Origin: a virus
Virus record (IMG/VR): IMGVR_UViG_3300010392_005355
Coordinates: 9,611 to 73,610 of that record
Strand: one strand, 5' to 3'
Length of the DNA stretch: 64,000 bases
Below, in pieces: positions 17,636 through 26,148 of this stretch. Under the pieces are notes generated by a model that was not told where the DNA came from, made no database searches, and saw only the letters and a program-made list of their open reading frames with translations. Each line of letters begins with the position of its first letter. Position 1 is the stretch's first letter. Position numbers and translations under genes: made by a program.

Positions 17636-17938
17636 ATGGAACTACTGGACACAAAAGACCTGCTCGCCAAGGCACTCAAATCTGACGAGAAGGTCGACGC
17701 TCTCGCTTCCCTTATCGCGCAGGAACAAGCTGCACCGGTCTCCATGGATCAGATTATCGATCGCATGGCAGAGGCCATCTACAATGAAGAGGGCCGTGCT
17801 CGCAGAACCCACAAGTGGGAAACGGTCATGGCCAACGCCGAAGCCGGCAAAGAGGGCGCCATGTCCAAAATCGCCAAGTATCGACGCATGGCGCGCAAGG
17901 CGCACCGGACCTATCACGCGGCGCTGGAGGGAAAGTGA
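17636..17938 (+). CDS. Hypothetical phage protein
   Basis: Packed ORF in late operon. Confidence 0.65.
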   Translation: MELLDTKDLLAKALKSDEKVDALASLIAQEQAAPVSMDQIIDRMAEAIYNEEGRARRTHKWETVMANAEAGKEGAMSKIAKYRRMARKAHRTYHAALEGK

Positions 17939-18546
17939 TGCACCTGCCGCCTGACCTCTTCCAGGGTGAGGTGGTCCACATTCTTGGCGGCGGCCCCAGC
18001 CTGAATACATTAGAGCCCGCAGACCTTGGCCTTGACGCCGTCATCGCCGTGAATAATGCGGGCCTCGATTTCTTCCCGGATGCTGACATCCTGTTCGTCA
18101 TGGATCGCCGCTGGTGGACATGGAACCGCAGCAGGCTCGACCAGAATCGCAGCGAGTACCGGGTCGCCCGGCAATTCCACGGCCCTGAATTCGATGCGCC
18201 ATGGCCGGTCATCGAGATCGGTCATGACAAGTTCGGGGACCTCAGCGAAAGCCATGACAGGCTGGCTGGCACATCCGGCGGGGCAATGGCGCTGAACCTC
18301 GCCTATCTGCTCGGCGCTGCCACCATCTTCCTGCATGGCTTCGACATGCGCCCGACCGGCAACTATCACGAGGATCATCAGATCCCCACCCATACCCACC
18401 TTTACGAGAGCGAGTTCATCCCGTCGCTTGAACGCATGGCCGCGAGACTGGCGGGCAAGTGCACCGTCATCAACGCCACGCCAGACTCAGCGTTGAAGTG
18501 CTTTCCAACCCCGGAGACAGCCCCTCATGCTGGAGATCGAAAATGA
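17938..18546 (+). CDS. Glycosyltransferase-like protein (sialyltransferase/Maf-like Rossmann fold)
   Basis: ILGGGPSL…VIAVNNA…SGGAMALNLAYLLGA…LHGFDM…VINATPDSAL. Confidence 0.7.
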   Translation: MHLPPDLFQGEVVHILGGGPSLNTLEPADLGLDAVIAVNNAGLDFFPDADILFVMDRRWWTWNRSRLDQNRSEYRVARQFHGPEFDAPWPVIEIGHDKFGDLSESHDRLAGTSGGAMALNLAYLLGAATIFLHGFDMRPTGNYHEDHQIPTHTHLYESEFIPSLERMAARLAGKCTVINATPDSALKCFPTPETAPHAGDRK

Positions 18547-18730
18547 ACGGCCAAGGCCCACTCCAAATGAAATCGCTGAATGGGTAACAGCCCGGCTTGA
18601 TGAGGGTTATGTGCCCCTGAGAGCCCCCACCCGCGACGACAAGAGCGGAAAACGGGGCAGTCCAGTCCCCACGCATCAGCTATCCGTCGCTGCCATCTTA
18701 GGCGGTCCGGTGATGGTAAGGAAAGGTTGA
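18527..18730 (+). CDS. Small hypothetical protein
   Basis: GGAG RBS; fills gap between neighbours. Confidence 0.45.
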   Translation: MLEIENERPRPTPNEIAEWVTARLDEGYVPLRAPTRDDKSGKRGSPVPTHQLSVAAILGGPVMVRKG

Positions 18731-18733
18731 GGT

Positions 18734-19300
18734 ATGATCCATCCAGACGCCTTCATCCACCCGAAGGCCCATGTGGAAGGGGCAATGATTGGTGCGCGCT
18801 CGAAGGTCTGGCAGTTCGCCTCCGTCATTCGCGGCGCTGTGGTTGGGGAGGATTGCAACCTCGCCACTGGTGCGTGCCTGGATGGCTCGACCATCGGTGA
18901 CCGCACAATCATCTGCCACAATGTGGCCATGGGACCGGGGTTTCGGGTTGGCGATGACGTCTTCATCGGACCACAGGTGACGCTGTGTAATGACCGCTGG
19001 CCAAGGGCTCACAAGACGGGATTTGACATAGACCGGTATCGCGGCGACGACATGGCGGTCATCATTGAGGATGGCGCCAGCATCGGGGCGGGCGCGGTCA
19101 TCCTTCCCGGCGTTCATATCGGAGAGGGCGCCATGATCGGCGCGAATTCCGTGGTGACGGGAAATGTTCCGGCCCATCACGTCTGGATCGGAAACGGCCG
19201 CATCATCCCAATCAGAAACGAGGGCCGGGAACGCATTCGGTTCGCCCGGTCCGGACTTGATGACAGTCGCCAGTACATGGCAGAGCGTGGCTTTGGCTAG
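18734..19300 (+). CDS. Hexapeptide-repeat acyltransferase (sugar N/O-acetyltransferase-like)
   Basis: Left-handed beta-helix repeats IGARSKVWQF, VGEDCNL, IEDGASIGAGAVILPGVHIGEGAMIG. Confidence 0.9.
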   Translation: MIHPDAFIHPKAHVEGAMIGARSKVWQFASVIRGAVVGEDCNLATGACLDGSTIGDRTIICHNVAMGPGFRVGDDVFIGPQVTLCNDRWPRAHKTGFDIDRYRGDDMAVIIEDGASIGAGAVILPGVHIGEGAMIGANSVVTGNVPAHHVWIGNGRIIPIRNEGRERIRFARSGLDDSRQYMAERGFG

Positions 19301-19910
19301 GCTGGCGGTCTGCACCCTTCTATGGGACAGCAACAAACACAGCCGCAGCTTCTCTCAGGCCTATAACGAAACATGGGTGGAGCGCCTCTATCGCGGGTTT
19401 TCCAGAAACCTGACTGCCCCGTTTGATTTCATCTGCTTCACGGACAGGCTTCGGACATTCAGCGAGAGCATCAGCCAGCTGCGCCTGTCATCCGACCAGC
19501 CTGACTATGGGCATTGTATCGAACCCTATACGCTGGGCCGCCCCATGATCCTGGTAGGCCTCGACACAATCGTCACGGGGAATGTCGACCATCTGGCAAA
19601 CTACTGCCTGAGCGCAGAGAAATTCGCCCTTCCGCTTGACCCATACAATCCATCGCAGTGCTGCAACGGTGTGGCGCTGGTGCCGGAGGGCCACGGACAT
19701 ATCGGCACAAACTGGCGTGGCCAGAATGACATGGTCTGGGTCCGGCGCTTTGACCATGCCGTGATTGACCAGCTCTTTCCGGGGCAGGTGGTCTCCTACA
19801 AGGGTCACGTAAAGCAAAACGGCCTGGGGGACGCGCGGGTGGTGTATTTTCACGGCGATTCCAAGCCGCACGAGCTCGACGAGCGCTGGATCGACCAGCA
19901 CTGGAGATGA
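19260..19910 (+). CDS. GT-A fold glycosyltransferase-like protein
   Basis: WVERLYRG…FICFTD…GLDTIVTGNVD…VVYFHGDSKPH (GT8-like pattern). Confidence 0.75.
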   Translation: MTVASTWQSVALARLAVCTLLWDSNKHSRSFSQAYNETWVERLYRGFSRNLTAPFDFICFTDRLRTFSESISQLRLSSDQPDYGHCIEPYTLGRPMILVGLDTIVTGNVDHLANYCLSAEKFALPLDPYNPSQCCNGVALVPEGHGHIGTNWRGQNDMVWVRRFDHAVIDQLFPGQVVSYKGHVKQNGLGDARVVYFHGDSKPHELDERWIDQHWR

Positions 19911-19911
19911 C

Positions 19912-20226
19912 ATGACAACCAAGTTCACAGACGCAGCCCCGATCTCGGGGACGCGGCGCACCGAGGATCACAGCATTGATAGAGTCGACGTTGATGGTGA
20001 TTATGAGCCCGGCAATGTCAGATGGGCGACAAGAAGCGAGCAGGCCAGAAACACCAGAAATGCGAGAACCGTGAATTTGGCGGGCCGCACTTATCATGTA
20101 AGCGATATCGCTGAAAAATGCGGTCTACCTGCGGACGTGATAGCCGATAGATCGCGGCGTGGCTGGTCGGATGAAGACATCATTTCGGTTCCGCTGGGCG
20201 GCAAGCGGGCGCGCTCCCGGCGCTGA
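19912..20226 (+). pseudogene. Chimeric remnant: DUF2213-type N-terminus fused to C-terminal half of an HNH endonuclease
   Basis: MTTKFTDAAPISGTRRTED followed directly by HSIDRVDVDGDYEPGNVRWAT…EQARN. Confidence 0.65.
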
Positions 20227-20238
20227 ACGGAGAATATA

Positions 20239-21360
20239 ATGAAAATCACAGACAGTGTAACGCTCGGCGACGCCCGAGTGAACGATCGCGGCTATCTCGA
20301 AGCCAACGCGCGCACCGCCCGTACAGGCGTGCAGACTTATCTTGGCAGCGAGATGGGCAGGCCGGAACTCGACCGCGTGAACGTCTACCGTGACGAGGCG
20401 GAAGTCTTCTCCAAGACCTCGCTGGAGAGTTTTTCGAAAATCCCGATCACGCTCGACCATCCTGCCTCTGGGGTCAATGCGGAGAATTGGTCGAGGCTCG
20501 CTAAAGGCACGACTGGCGACGAAGTTCTCCGTGATGGCGAGTATCTTAAGATCGGCCTGAAGATTACAGATGCCGACGCCGTGAAAGCCGTGAAAGACGG
20601 CAAGCGTGAGCTTTCTGTCGGCTACTCAACGAACATCGTCTGGGAAGACGGCGTAGCCCCAGACGGTACCCCTTATCAAGCGCGGCAGACCGCGATTGTG
20701 GCTGATCATATTGCCATAGTCAGTCGCGGCCGTGCTGGCTCGGAATGCAGGATCGGCGATGGCGATCCGCATAACTGGGGCGCCAGCCCCGTAGTGGAAG
20801 ACCACAAAGGAAAGGAATCGGTCATGACCGACAAGACCACTCAAATCGTAAGGGACGGCCTTCCGGTCAATGTGCCGGAAGCGCAGGCCCCTGTAATCCA
20901 GAAATGGCTTGCCGATGCCGACAAGGCCCTCGCTGCCAAGCAGGCCGAACTCGACAAGGCGCTAGCCGACGCAAAGGCAAAGGACACCGAGCTCGGCAAG
21001 AAAGATGCTGAAATCGAAGACCTGAAGTCCAAGCAGTTTGACGACGCCAAGCTCGACCAGATGGCATCTGACCGCGCCGAGATCGTCGCCAAGGCGAAAA
21101 CCATTGCCCCGCAGCTGAAGACGGATGGTGTGAAAAACGCCGAAATCAAGAAGCAGGCGGTGGCCGCAAAACTCGGTGACGAGAAGGTCGCGGACAAGTC
21201 CGAGGAATATATCTCCGCTCTGTTCGACCACCTGACGCCGGACACCAAGCAGTCCAATCCTCTGTCTGACGCTATCGAAAGCTCTACCCCATCCAGCCCG
21301 GACGGCTGGGGCGGCAAAGTCTTTGATAGCGCTGGCGTTCCCATGAAGAAAGGAGCCTAA
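20239..21360 (+). CDS. DUF2213 head maturation protease/scaffold
   Basis: ARTGVQTY, PITLDHP, GKRELSVGY, DHIAIVSRGRAG; coiled-coil C-terminus. Confidence 0.9.
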   Translation: MKITDSVTLGDARVNDRGYLEANARTARTGVQTYLGSEMGRPELDRVNVYRDEAEVFSKTSLESFSKIPITLDHPASGVNAENWSRLAKGTTGDEVLRDGEYLKIGLKITDADAVKAVKDGKRELSVGYSTNIVWEDGVAPDGTPYQARQTAIVADHIAIVSRGRAGSECRIGDGDPHNWGASPVVEDHKGKESVMTDKTTQIVRDGLPVNVPEAQAPVIQKWLADADKALAAKQAELDKALADAKAKDTELGKKDAEIEDLKSKQFDDAKLDQMASDRAEIVAKAKTIAPQLKTDGVKNAEIKKQAVAAKLGDEKVADKSEEYISALFDHLTPDTKQSNPLSDAIESSTPSSPDGWGGKVFDSAGVPMKKGA

Positions 21361-21363
21361 TCC

Positions 21364-21744
21364 ATGGCCGCTCTTACCGAAGGCGCACGTAACGCGCAGT
21401 TCATTGTCTCGGAAGCCAATGGCTACCGCTCCCGCGCAAAAGGCACGGTTACAGTACCAGCCAACAGCACGATTCCTGCGGGCGCCATCCTTGGCTATGA
21501 CACGTCCGAAGAAAAGTACGTGAACCCTGACTTCAGCTTCGCTTCCGGCGATCTGCAGAACCAGGCGCTACTTTACGAGACGCTTGTCAATGAAACAGGC
21601 TCCGCCGTTGATCATGAGGTCACTCTGTTCATCCGTGACGCCGAAGTCACTGGCGCACACCTCACCTATGCGACGGGCGCAGATGACGCAGCCAAGGCTG
21701 CGGCGAACACTGCGCTTGCGTCTCTGGGAATCATCGTTCGCTAG
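21364..21744 (+). CDS. Head decoration protein
   Basis: FIVSEANGYRSR…RDAEV…LASLGIIVR; precedes MCP. Confidence 0.85.
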   Translation: MAALTEGARNAQFIVSEANGYRSRAKGTVTVPANSTIPAGAILGYDTSEEKYVNPDFSFASGDLQNQALLYETLVNETGSAVDHEVTLFIRDAEVTGAHLTYATGADDAAKAAANTALASLGIIVR

Positions 21745-21809
21745 CATAGCCTGGCTCCACAAATTGGCCCGCTGAGAAGCGCGCCCTTCCCATAGAAGGA
21801 TCTTTTACC

Positions 21810-22829
21810 ATGGCATCCATGGATATCTTCAACAGCTCCGCCTTCAACATGGTTTCGTTGACAGGCGCAGTGGAAAAAATCGACTACAAGCCCCAGCTTC
21901 TGGGTGAGCTTGGCATCTTTGAGGACATGCCGGTGCGTACCCGCACAGTCTTCATTGATGAGCGCAATGGACAGCTCGCGCTGATCCCGTCATCTCCAAC
22001 AGGGGCTCCGCCGGAAGAGCTGGTCAAGGATAACCGCTCTGCGCGGCCGTTCCAGACCACGCGTCTTGCGAAGGGCTTCACGCTCTATGCGGAAGAACTG
22101 CAGGGCATCCGTGCCTTTGGCTCTGAAACAGAGCTGATGCAGGTGCAGGCAGAGTACATGCGCCGCATGGCTCGCGTCATTGACGACATGGAACTGACCC
22201 ATGAGTTTCACCGCCTCGGCGCCCTGCAAGGCAAGCTGCTGGACGCTGATGGCACTTCGGTTCTGTATAACTACTTTACCGAGTTCGGAATCTCTGAGCC
22301 TTCAGCCATTGACTTCGCCTTGACGACAGATGCCACTGATGTTCGCGGCAAATGCCACGCGCTTACACGCAGCATGGCGCGGTCTTCCAAGGGCGCCTTC
22401 ACCCCGCAAACGGAAGTCCACGCTCTTGCCGGAGATACCTTCTACGACAACTTGATTAAGCATCCGAATGTCGAGAAGACCTATCTGAACTGGGCGGCAG
22501 CTGCAGAGCTGCGCGAGAACAGCGCCTTCGGAATGTTCCGCTTTGGCGGAATCGTGTGGCACAACTATCGCGGCACGGACGACAACTCGACGGTCGCAAT
22601 TGCGCCCAACGAGGCGAAGTTCTTCCCGGTCAATGCGCGAGGCGTCTTCAAGAAAGCGATGGCCCCGGCAGAGTTCGGACCATACATCAACACGCTGGGT
22701 CGCAACACTTACGCGATCAACGTGCTTGACCGTGATCGCCAGGCATGGACCCGTGGCGAGCAGTACAGCTATCCGCTGTATATGTGCGCCCGTCCGGACG
22801 TGCTGCGCAAGGCCGTTGGCAACACCTGA
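21810..22829 (+). CDS. Major capsid protein (lambda E family)
   Basis: MDIFNSSAF…EELQGIRAFGSE…THEFHRLGALQG…SYPLYMCARP. Confidence 0.93.
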   Translation: MASMDIFNSSAFNMVSLTGAVEKIDYKPQLLGELGIFEDMPVRTRTVFIDERNGQLALIPSSPTGAPPEELVKDNRSARPFQTTRLAKGFTLYAEELQGIRAFGSETELMQVQAEYMRRMARVIDDMELTHEFHRLGALQGKLLDADGTSVLYNYFTEFGISEPSAIDFALTTDATDVRGKCHALTRSMARSSKGAFTPQTEVHALAGDTFYDNLIKHPNVEKTYLNWAAAAELRENSAFGMFRFGGIVWHNYRGTDDNSTVAIAPNEAKFFPVNARGVFKKAMAPAEFGPYINTLGRNTYAINVLDRDRQAWTRGEQYSYPLYMCARPDVLRKAVGNT

Positions 22830-22838
22830 TGAAACCAT

Positions 22839-22863
22839 GAGCGGGGGCTACTAGCCCCCGCTC
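22839..22863 (+). terminator. Hairpin after MCP
   Basis: GAGCGGGGGCTA-C-TAGCCCCCGCTC inverted repeat. Confidence 0.55.
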
Positions 22864-22883
22864 CCTATCCGGAGACAGAAATC

Positions 22884-23162
22884 ATGAAGTACGAAATTAC
22901 CAATGGCGCGTCATGCGGCAAGGTCTTCAAGGTATTTGGCGGCACTTACGAGGTGAAGCGCGGAAAGACCGAAATTGTTGATGTTGAGGGCGGCCTTACG
23001 AAAGCGCAAATTGAGTATCACAAGGCGTCTGGTGTCGAGATTGTCGAGGCACCAGACGAGGACTCCAAGCAGTCCAAGCCTGCCAAAGACGACAAATCGT
23101 CCTCTGACACCAAGGACGATGCAAAATCGTCTACCTCGAAAAGCTCCGGCACTGGAAAATAG
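22884..23162 (+). CDS. Head-associated small protein with low-complexity tail
   Basis: GGAG RBS; position after MCP. Confidence 0.7.
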   Translation: MKYEITNGASCGKVFKVFGGTYEVKRGKTEIVDVEGGLTKAQIEYHKASGVEIVEAPDEDSKQSKPAKDDKSSSDTKDDAKSSTSKSSGTGK

Positions 23163-23165
23163 GCC

Positions 23166-23534
23166 ATGGCTTACACCGCCGCCACAGCCGCCACGTTCAA
23201 GGCGCGCTTTCCGGTCTTTGTGGATGTCGATGACGCGATCATCACGTCTGCTTTGGACCGGGCGCGCCTTGTCGTGGATGACAGCTGGATAGAGGCCTAC
23301 CGTCAGGAAGCAGAGCACCTCCACGCCGCCCATGAGCTGACACTTGATGGCCTTGGGGCCACGCGAGACGCACAGCTGCAGGGGTTCCGGCGCCTGAAAC
23401 TCGGCTCTCTGGAGCTTGAGCGTGAATCCGGTTCAAGCAGCACATCAACGACATACGCTCTCACCACATATGGCCAGAGGTTCCGCGATCTTCTTCAGCG
23501 CAATCATCCTGGCGTTTTGGCACTGGGGGGCTGA
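23166..23534 (+). CDS. Head-tail adaptor (DUF4054-like)
   Basis: FKARFPVF…AAHEL…TTYGQRF. Confidence 0.8.
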   Translation: MAYTAATAATFKARFPVFVDVDDAIITSALDRARLVVDDSWIEAYRQEAEHLHAAHELTLDGLGATRDAQLQGFRRLKLGSLELERESGSSSTSTTYALTTYGQRFRDLLQRNHPGVLALGG

Positions 23535-23535
23535 C

Positions 23536-23901
23536 ATGGGCTTGCTGGACGGTGACCTCAAGGAAGTGTTTGGCTCTGTTTTTGCTCCACTTCTTCTGGA
23601 TGCGACCATCTCCAATACCGGCCTCGTCCCTGACGGCAAGGGCGGCTGGACAGAGGGCGCTGAAAACTCGTCGGCAGCGAAAGGCATGGTCGAGGAGTAC
23701 AAGGCGTATGAGCGGGCCCAGGCCAACATCCCCAGCACGGACGTCAAGCTGATCATCCTGCAGAAGGATGTCACTGTCACGCCCACTCTGGACAGCGTTA
23801 TCACCATCCGGAGCCAGACATATTCCGTGCAAGCCATTGATCAGGACCCGGCGCAAGCCTCTTGGACAATCCAGGGAAGGCCGGTCAAAAATGCGGATTA
23901 A
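23536..23901 (+). CDS. Head closure/neck protein
   Basis: DGKGGW…DPAQASWTIQGR; synteny. Confidence 0.7.
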   Translation: MGLLDGDLKEVFGSVFAPLLLDATISNTGLVPDGKGGWTEGAENSSAAKGMVEEYKAYERAQANIPSTDVKLIILQKDVTVTPTLDSVITIRSQTYSVQAIDQDPAQASWTIQGRPVKNAD

Positions 23902-24298
23902 GGGCGCCGAGAGTCACAAGCGCCGCCTTCGCAAGATGCGGGGCCGGGAGCTGGTCACCGCTTTGACAAGAGACACATTCATCGCCGCAGATAGCGTGCG
24001 CGGCGTGGCGCAATTTCTGATCTCTCAAGGCTCCATACAGGGCAAGGGGCATGTCCCCTCAAAGCCCGGTGAGCCGCCCAATCTCGATACAGGCGTCCTG
24101 TCTGCCGGGATTACCGCGCGTATTACAGGCCCGCTCAAAGCGGTTGCCGAGAGCGCCGCCCCCTACGCCGTGCCGCTTGAAGTCGGCACATCAAAAATGG
24201 CTGAGCGCCCTTACATGGCCCCGGCGGCACAGAAGGTCCGCAAGGAATACACCGTCAACGTCCGCGCGACGGTCAACCGCGTCAACAGGAAAGGATAG
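23891..24298 (+). CDS. HK97 gp10-like neck protein
   Basis: PSKPGEPPNLDTGVL…LEVGTSKMAERPYM. Confidence 0.85.
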   Translation: MRIKGAESHKRRLRKMRGRELVTALTRDTFIAADSVRGVAQFLISQGSIQGKGHVPSKPGEPPNLDTGVLSAGITARITGPLKAVAESAAPYAVPLEVGTSKMAERPYMAPAAQKVRKEYTVNVRATVNRVNRKG

Positions 24299-24302
24299 CC
24301 CT

Positions 24303-24557
24303 ATGGTTTGGGTCAGATTCACCGAAGACTATGATTTTCGCGCCACCAAACGCGCCACAGTCAGCTACAAGGCTGGCACTAAAATGAACGTCACACGCGA
24401 GTGTGCAGACCGTGCGATCGCAGCTGGCAAGGCTTTCCCTGAGGGACGCAAAGAAGAGCCCGCGACAGATTTTGAGGCAGATGAAGGCACGTCCGTCTTC
24501 CTGACGGAAGTCTCCAAAGTCGAAGAGACGGCGGAAACAGATGCTGAAGCCGACTGA
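24303..24557 (+). CDS. Small hypothetical virion-module protein
   Basis: WVRFTEDYDF…YKAG…AIAAGKA; AGGA RBS. Confidence 0.65.
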   Translation: MVWVRFTEDYDFRATKRATVSYKAGTKMNVTRECADRAIAAGKAFPEGRKEEPATDFEADEGTSVFLTEVSKVEETAETDAEAD

Positions 24558-24960
24558 CCACACGCTGCCCCTGCGGCGCGCCATCATCATGAAGCTATTG
24601 GCGACCAGCGCGGTCACAGACCTGCTTGGCACGCGCTTTTACGGAATGCGCACACCAGATAGCCCTGAATGGCCTTTCGGCAGGTATGGCGCGCCGGACA
24701 CGCGGCCCTATGAGGCAACAGGTCTTGGCGGAAGTGACAGCGATATCACGCTGCACGTGTTTGCGCGCGGTCCGGATGAGGGGCCATGCGCCACGATTGC
24801 GGACACCATCGTGGATGCACTCTCAGACGACATGCTTCCGCTTGAGGGCGGGGTCGGACTCGTCTCCCTCGATTGGCAGGGAACCCAGATCATCGAAGAT
24901 GGCGGGGAGTCCACGGACTATCACGCGATCATACGGTTTTCAGTGATCACCACTGAATAA
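24541..24960 (+). CDS. Tail terminator (DUF3168-like)
   Basis: Synteny before tail tube; WPFGRYG…TLHVF…HAIIRF. Confidence 0.8.
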   Translation: MLKPTDHTLPLRRAIIMKLLATSAVTDLLGTRFYGMRTPDSPEWPFGRYGAPDTRPYEATGLGGSDSDITLHVFARGPDEGPCATIADTIVDALSDDMLPLEGGVGLVSLDWQGTQIIEDGGESTDYHAIIRFSVITTE

Positions 24961-25062
24961 AGGCTCCGCCCGGCCCAGGTGGATGAATTCAAACATGGGG
25001 TGTGGGCAACCCCGTGACGCACCGTCGTGAGACGGCGCAGCCCAATAGAAGGATGCCCATTT

Positions 25063-25515
25063 ATGGCACAAGCAAAGACCATGAAGTTCGGCGCAGCAAT
25101 GATTATGCTGGGCGACGGAGCTTCCTCTGAAACGTTCGCCGCGCCCTGCGGGTTCACCGAACTGACCATGACGGTGAACATCGAGAGCAACACGACAAAT
25201 ATCCCTGACTGTGCAGACCCGGACTTTCCGGCCTGGCTGATCTCTGATGTCGTGTCCAAGCAGATGACCCTGCAGGGCTCTGGTGTCCTCGATACCGACG
25301 CCATGCAGACGTGGCAGGACTGGTGGTTCGGCAATGAGTCCGAGATCAATGTCCGTTGGTTCCGTGACCTCAGCTCTGCCGAAGGTGGCGGCTATTTCGA
25401 GGCCCCGGCGATCCTGACCTCCTATGAGGAAACCGGCTCACGTGGCCAGCGCTGGCAGGTCAGTGTCGCCATCGCAATGAACGGCAAGCCGACTTTCACG
25501 CCCGGTAACTCTTAA
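25063..25515 (+). CDS. Major tail tube protein
   Basis: GDGASSETFAAPCG…PDCADPD; synteny. Confidence 0.88.
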   Translation: MAQAKTMKFGAAMIMLGDGASSETFAAPCGFTELTMTVNIESNTTNIPDCADPDFPAWLISDVVSKQMTLQGSGVLDTDAMQTWQDWWFGNESEINVRWFRDLSSAEGGGYFEAPAILTSYEETGSRGQRWQVSVAIAMNGKPTFTPGNS

Positions 25516-25952
25516 TGCCGGGACCGTACCGAAGCTGTGAGGTCGAACTGACCTTTGCAGATGCCGACTATACCTTCCGGCTCCCGATCAAACGGATCGC
25601 GGAGCTGGAAGAGAAGTGCCAAGCCCCCATTGGTACGATCTGGAAGCGCGTTCTGACAAGTGAATATCACGCCGTTGATCTGGTCGAGACCGTCCGTATC
25701 GGCTTGATCGGCGGCGGCCTTGAGGCCCAGGAAGCGCGCACTCTGATCGAGCGGTATTGCGATGTCTGGCCGCTCGAAATCTGGCATGCCCACGCAACCG
25801 CGATCCTGTCGGCCTGCATCATTGGATATGAGGCTGGGGAGGAAAGCGACGCCCCAAAGGACGAGGCGGCGGGGGAGGATACTTCAACCTCGCCGCAGCC
25901 TACGCGGTCGGCCTCGAAAAAGGCATCAGCCCGAAAGAAATCGGCAACCTGA
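25515..25952 (+). CDS. Tail assembly chaperone (G-like)
   Basis: FADADYTFRL…ELEEKC…ETVRIGLIGGG. Confidence 0.85.
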   Translation: MPGPYRSCEVELTFADADYTFRLPIKRIAELEEKCQAPIGTIWKRVLTSEYHAVDLVETVRIGLIGGGLEAQEARTLIERYCDVWPLEIWHAHATAILSACIIGYEAGEESDAPKDEAAGEDTSTSPQPTRSASKKASARKKSAT

Positions 25953-26095
25953 CGCTTTGGGAGTGGCAGGGAATGGTGGCTGAGCACAGCCGCATGATGA
26001 AGCCCGCTGGCCAGTCTGATCCGCCTACGGATGCGGAGTTTGAGGCCATGAAAGACCGCATTCGGGGCATGAATCTGCCGGATGTGAAGATCTGA
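25853..26095 (+). other. -1 programmed frameshift (C CCA AAG) giving GT-like chaperone extension
   Basis: Slippery heptamer in correct phase at 25853-25859; -1 frame open to TGA 26093-26095, encodes GISPKEIGNLTLWEW. Confidence 0.85.
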
Positions 26096-26100
26096 CACTG

Positions 26101-26129
26101 AGGCCGCCCTTCGGGGCGGCTTTTTCTTT
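26101..26129 (+). terminator. Intrinsic terminator before tape measure gene
   Basis: GGCCGCCC-TTCG-GGGCGGCT + T-tract. Confidence 0.75.
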
Positions 26130-26148
26130 GAGATGAAAGAGCGCTGAC

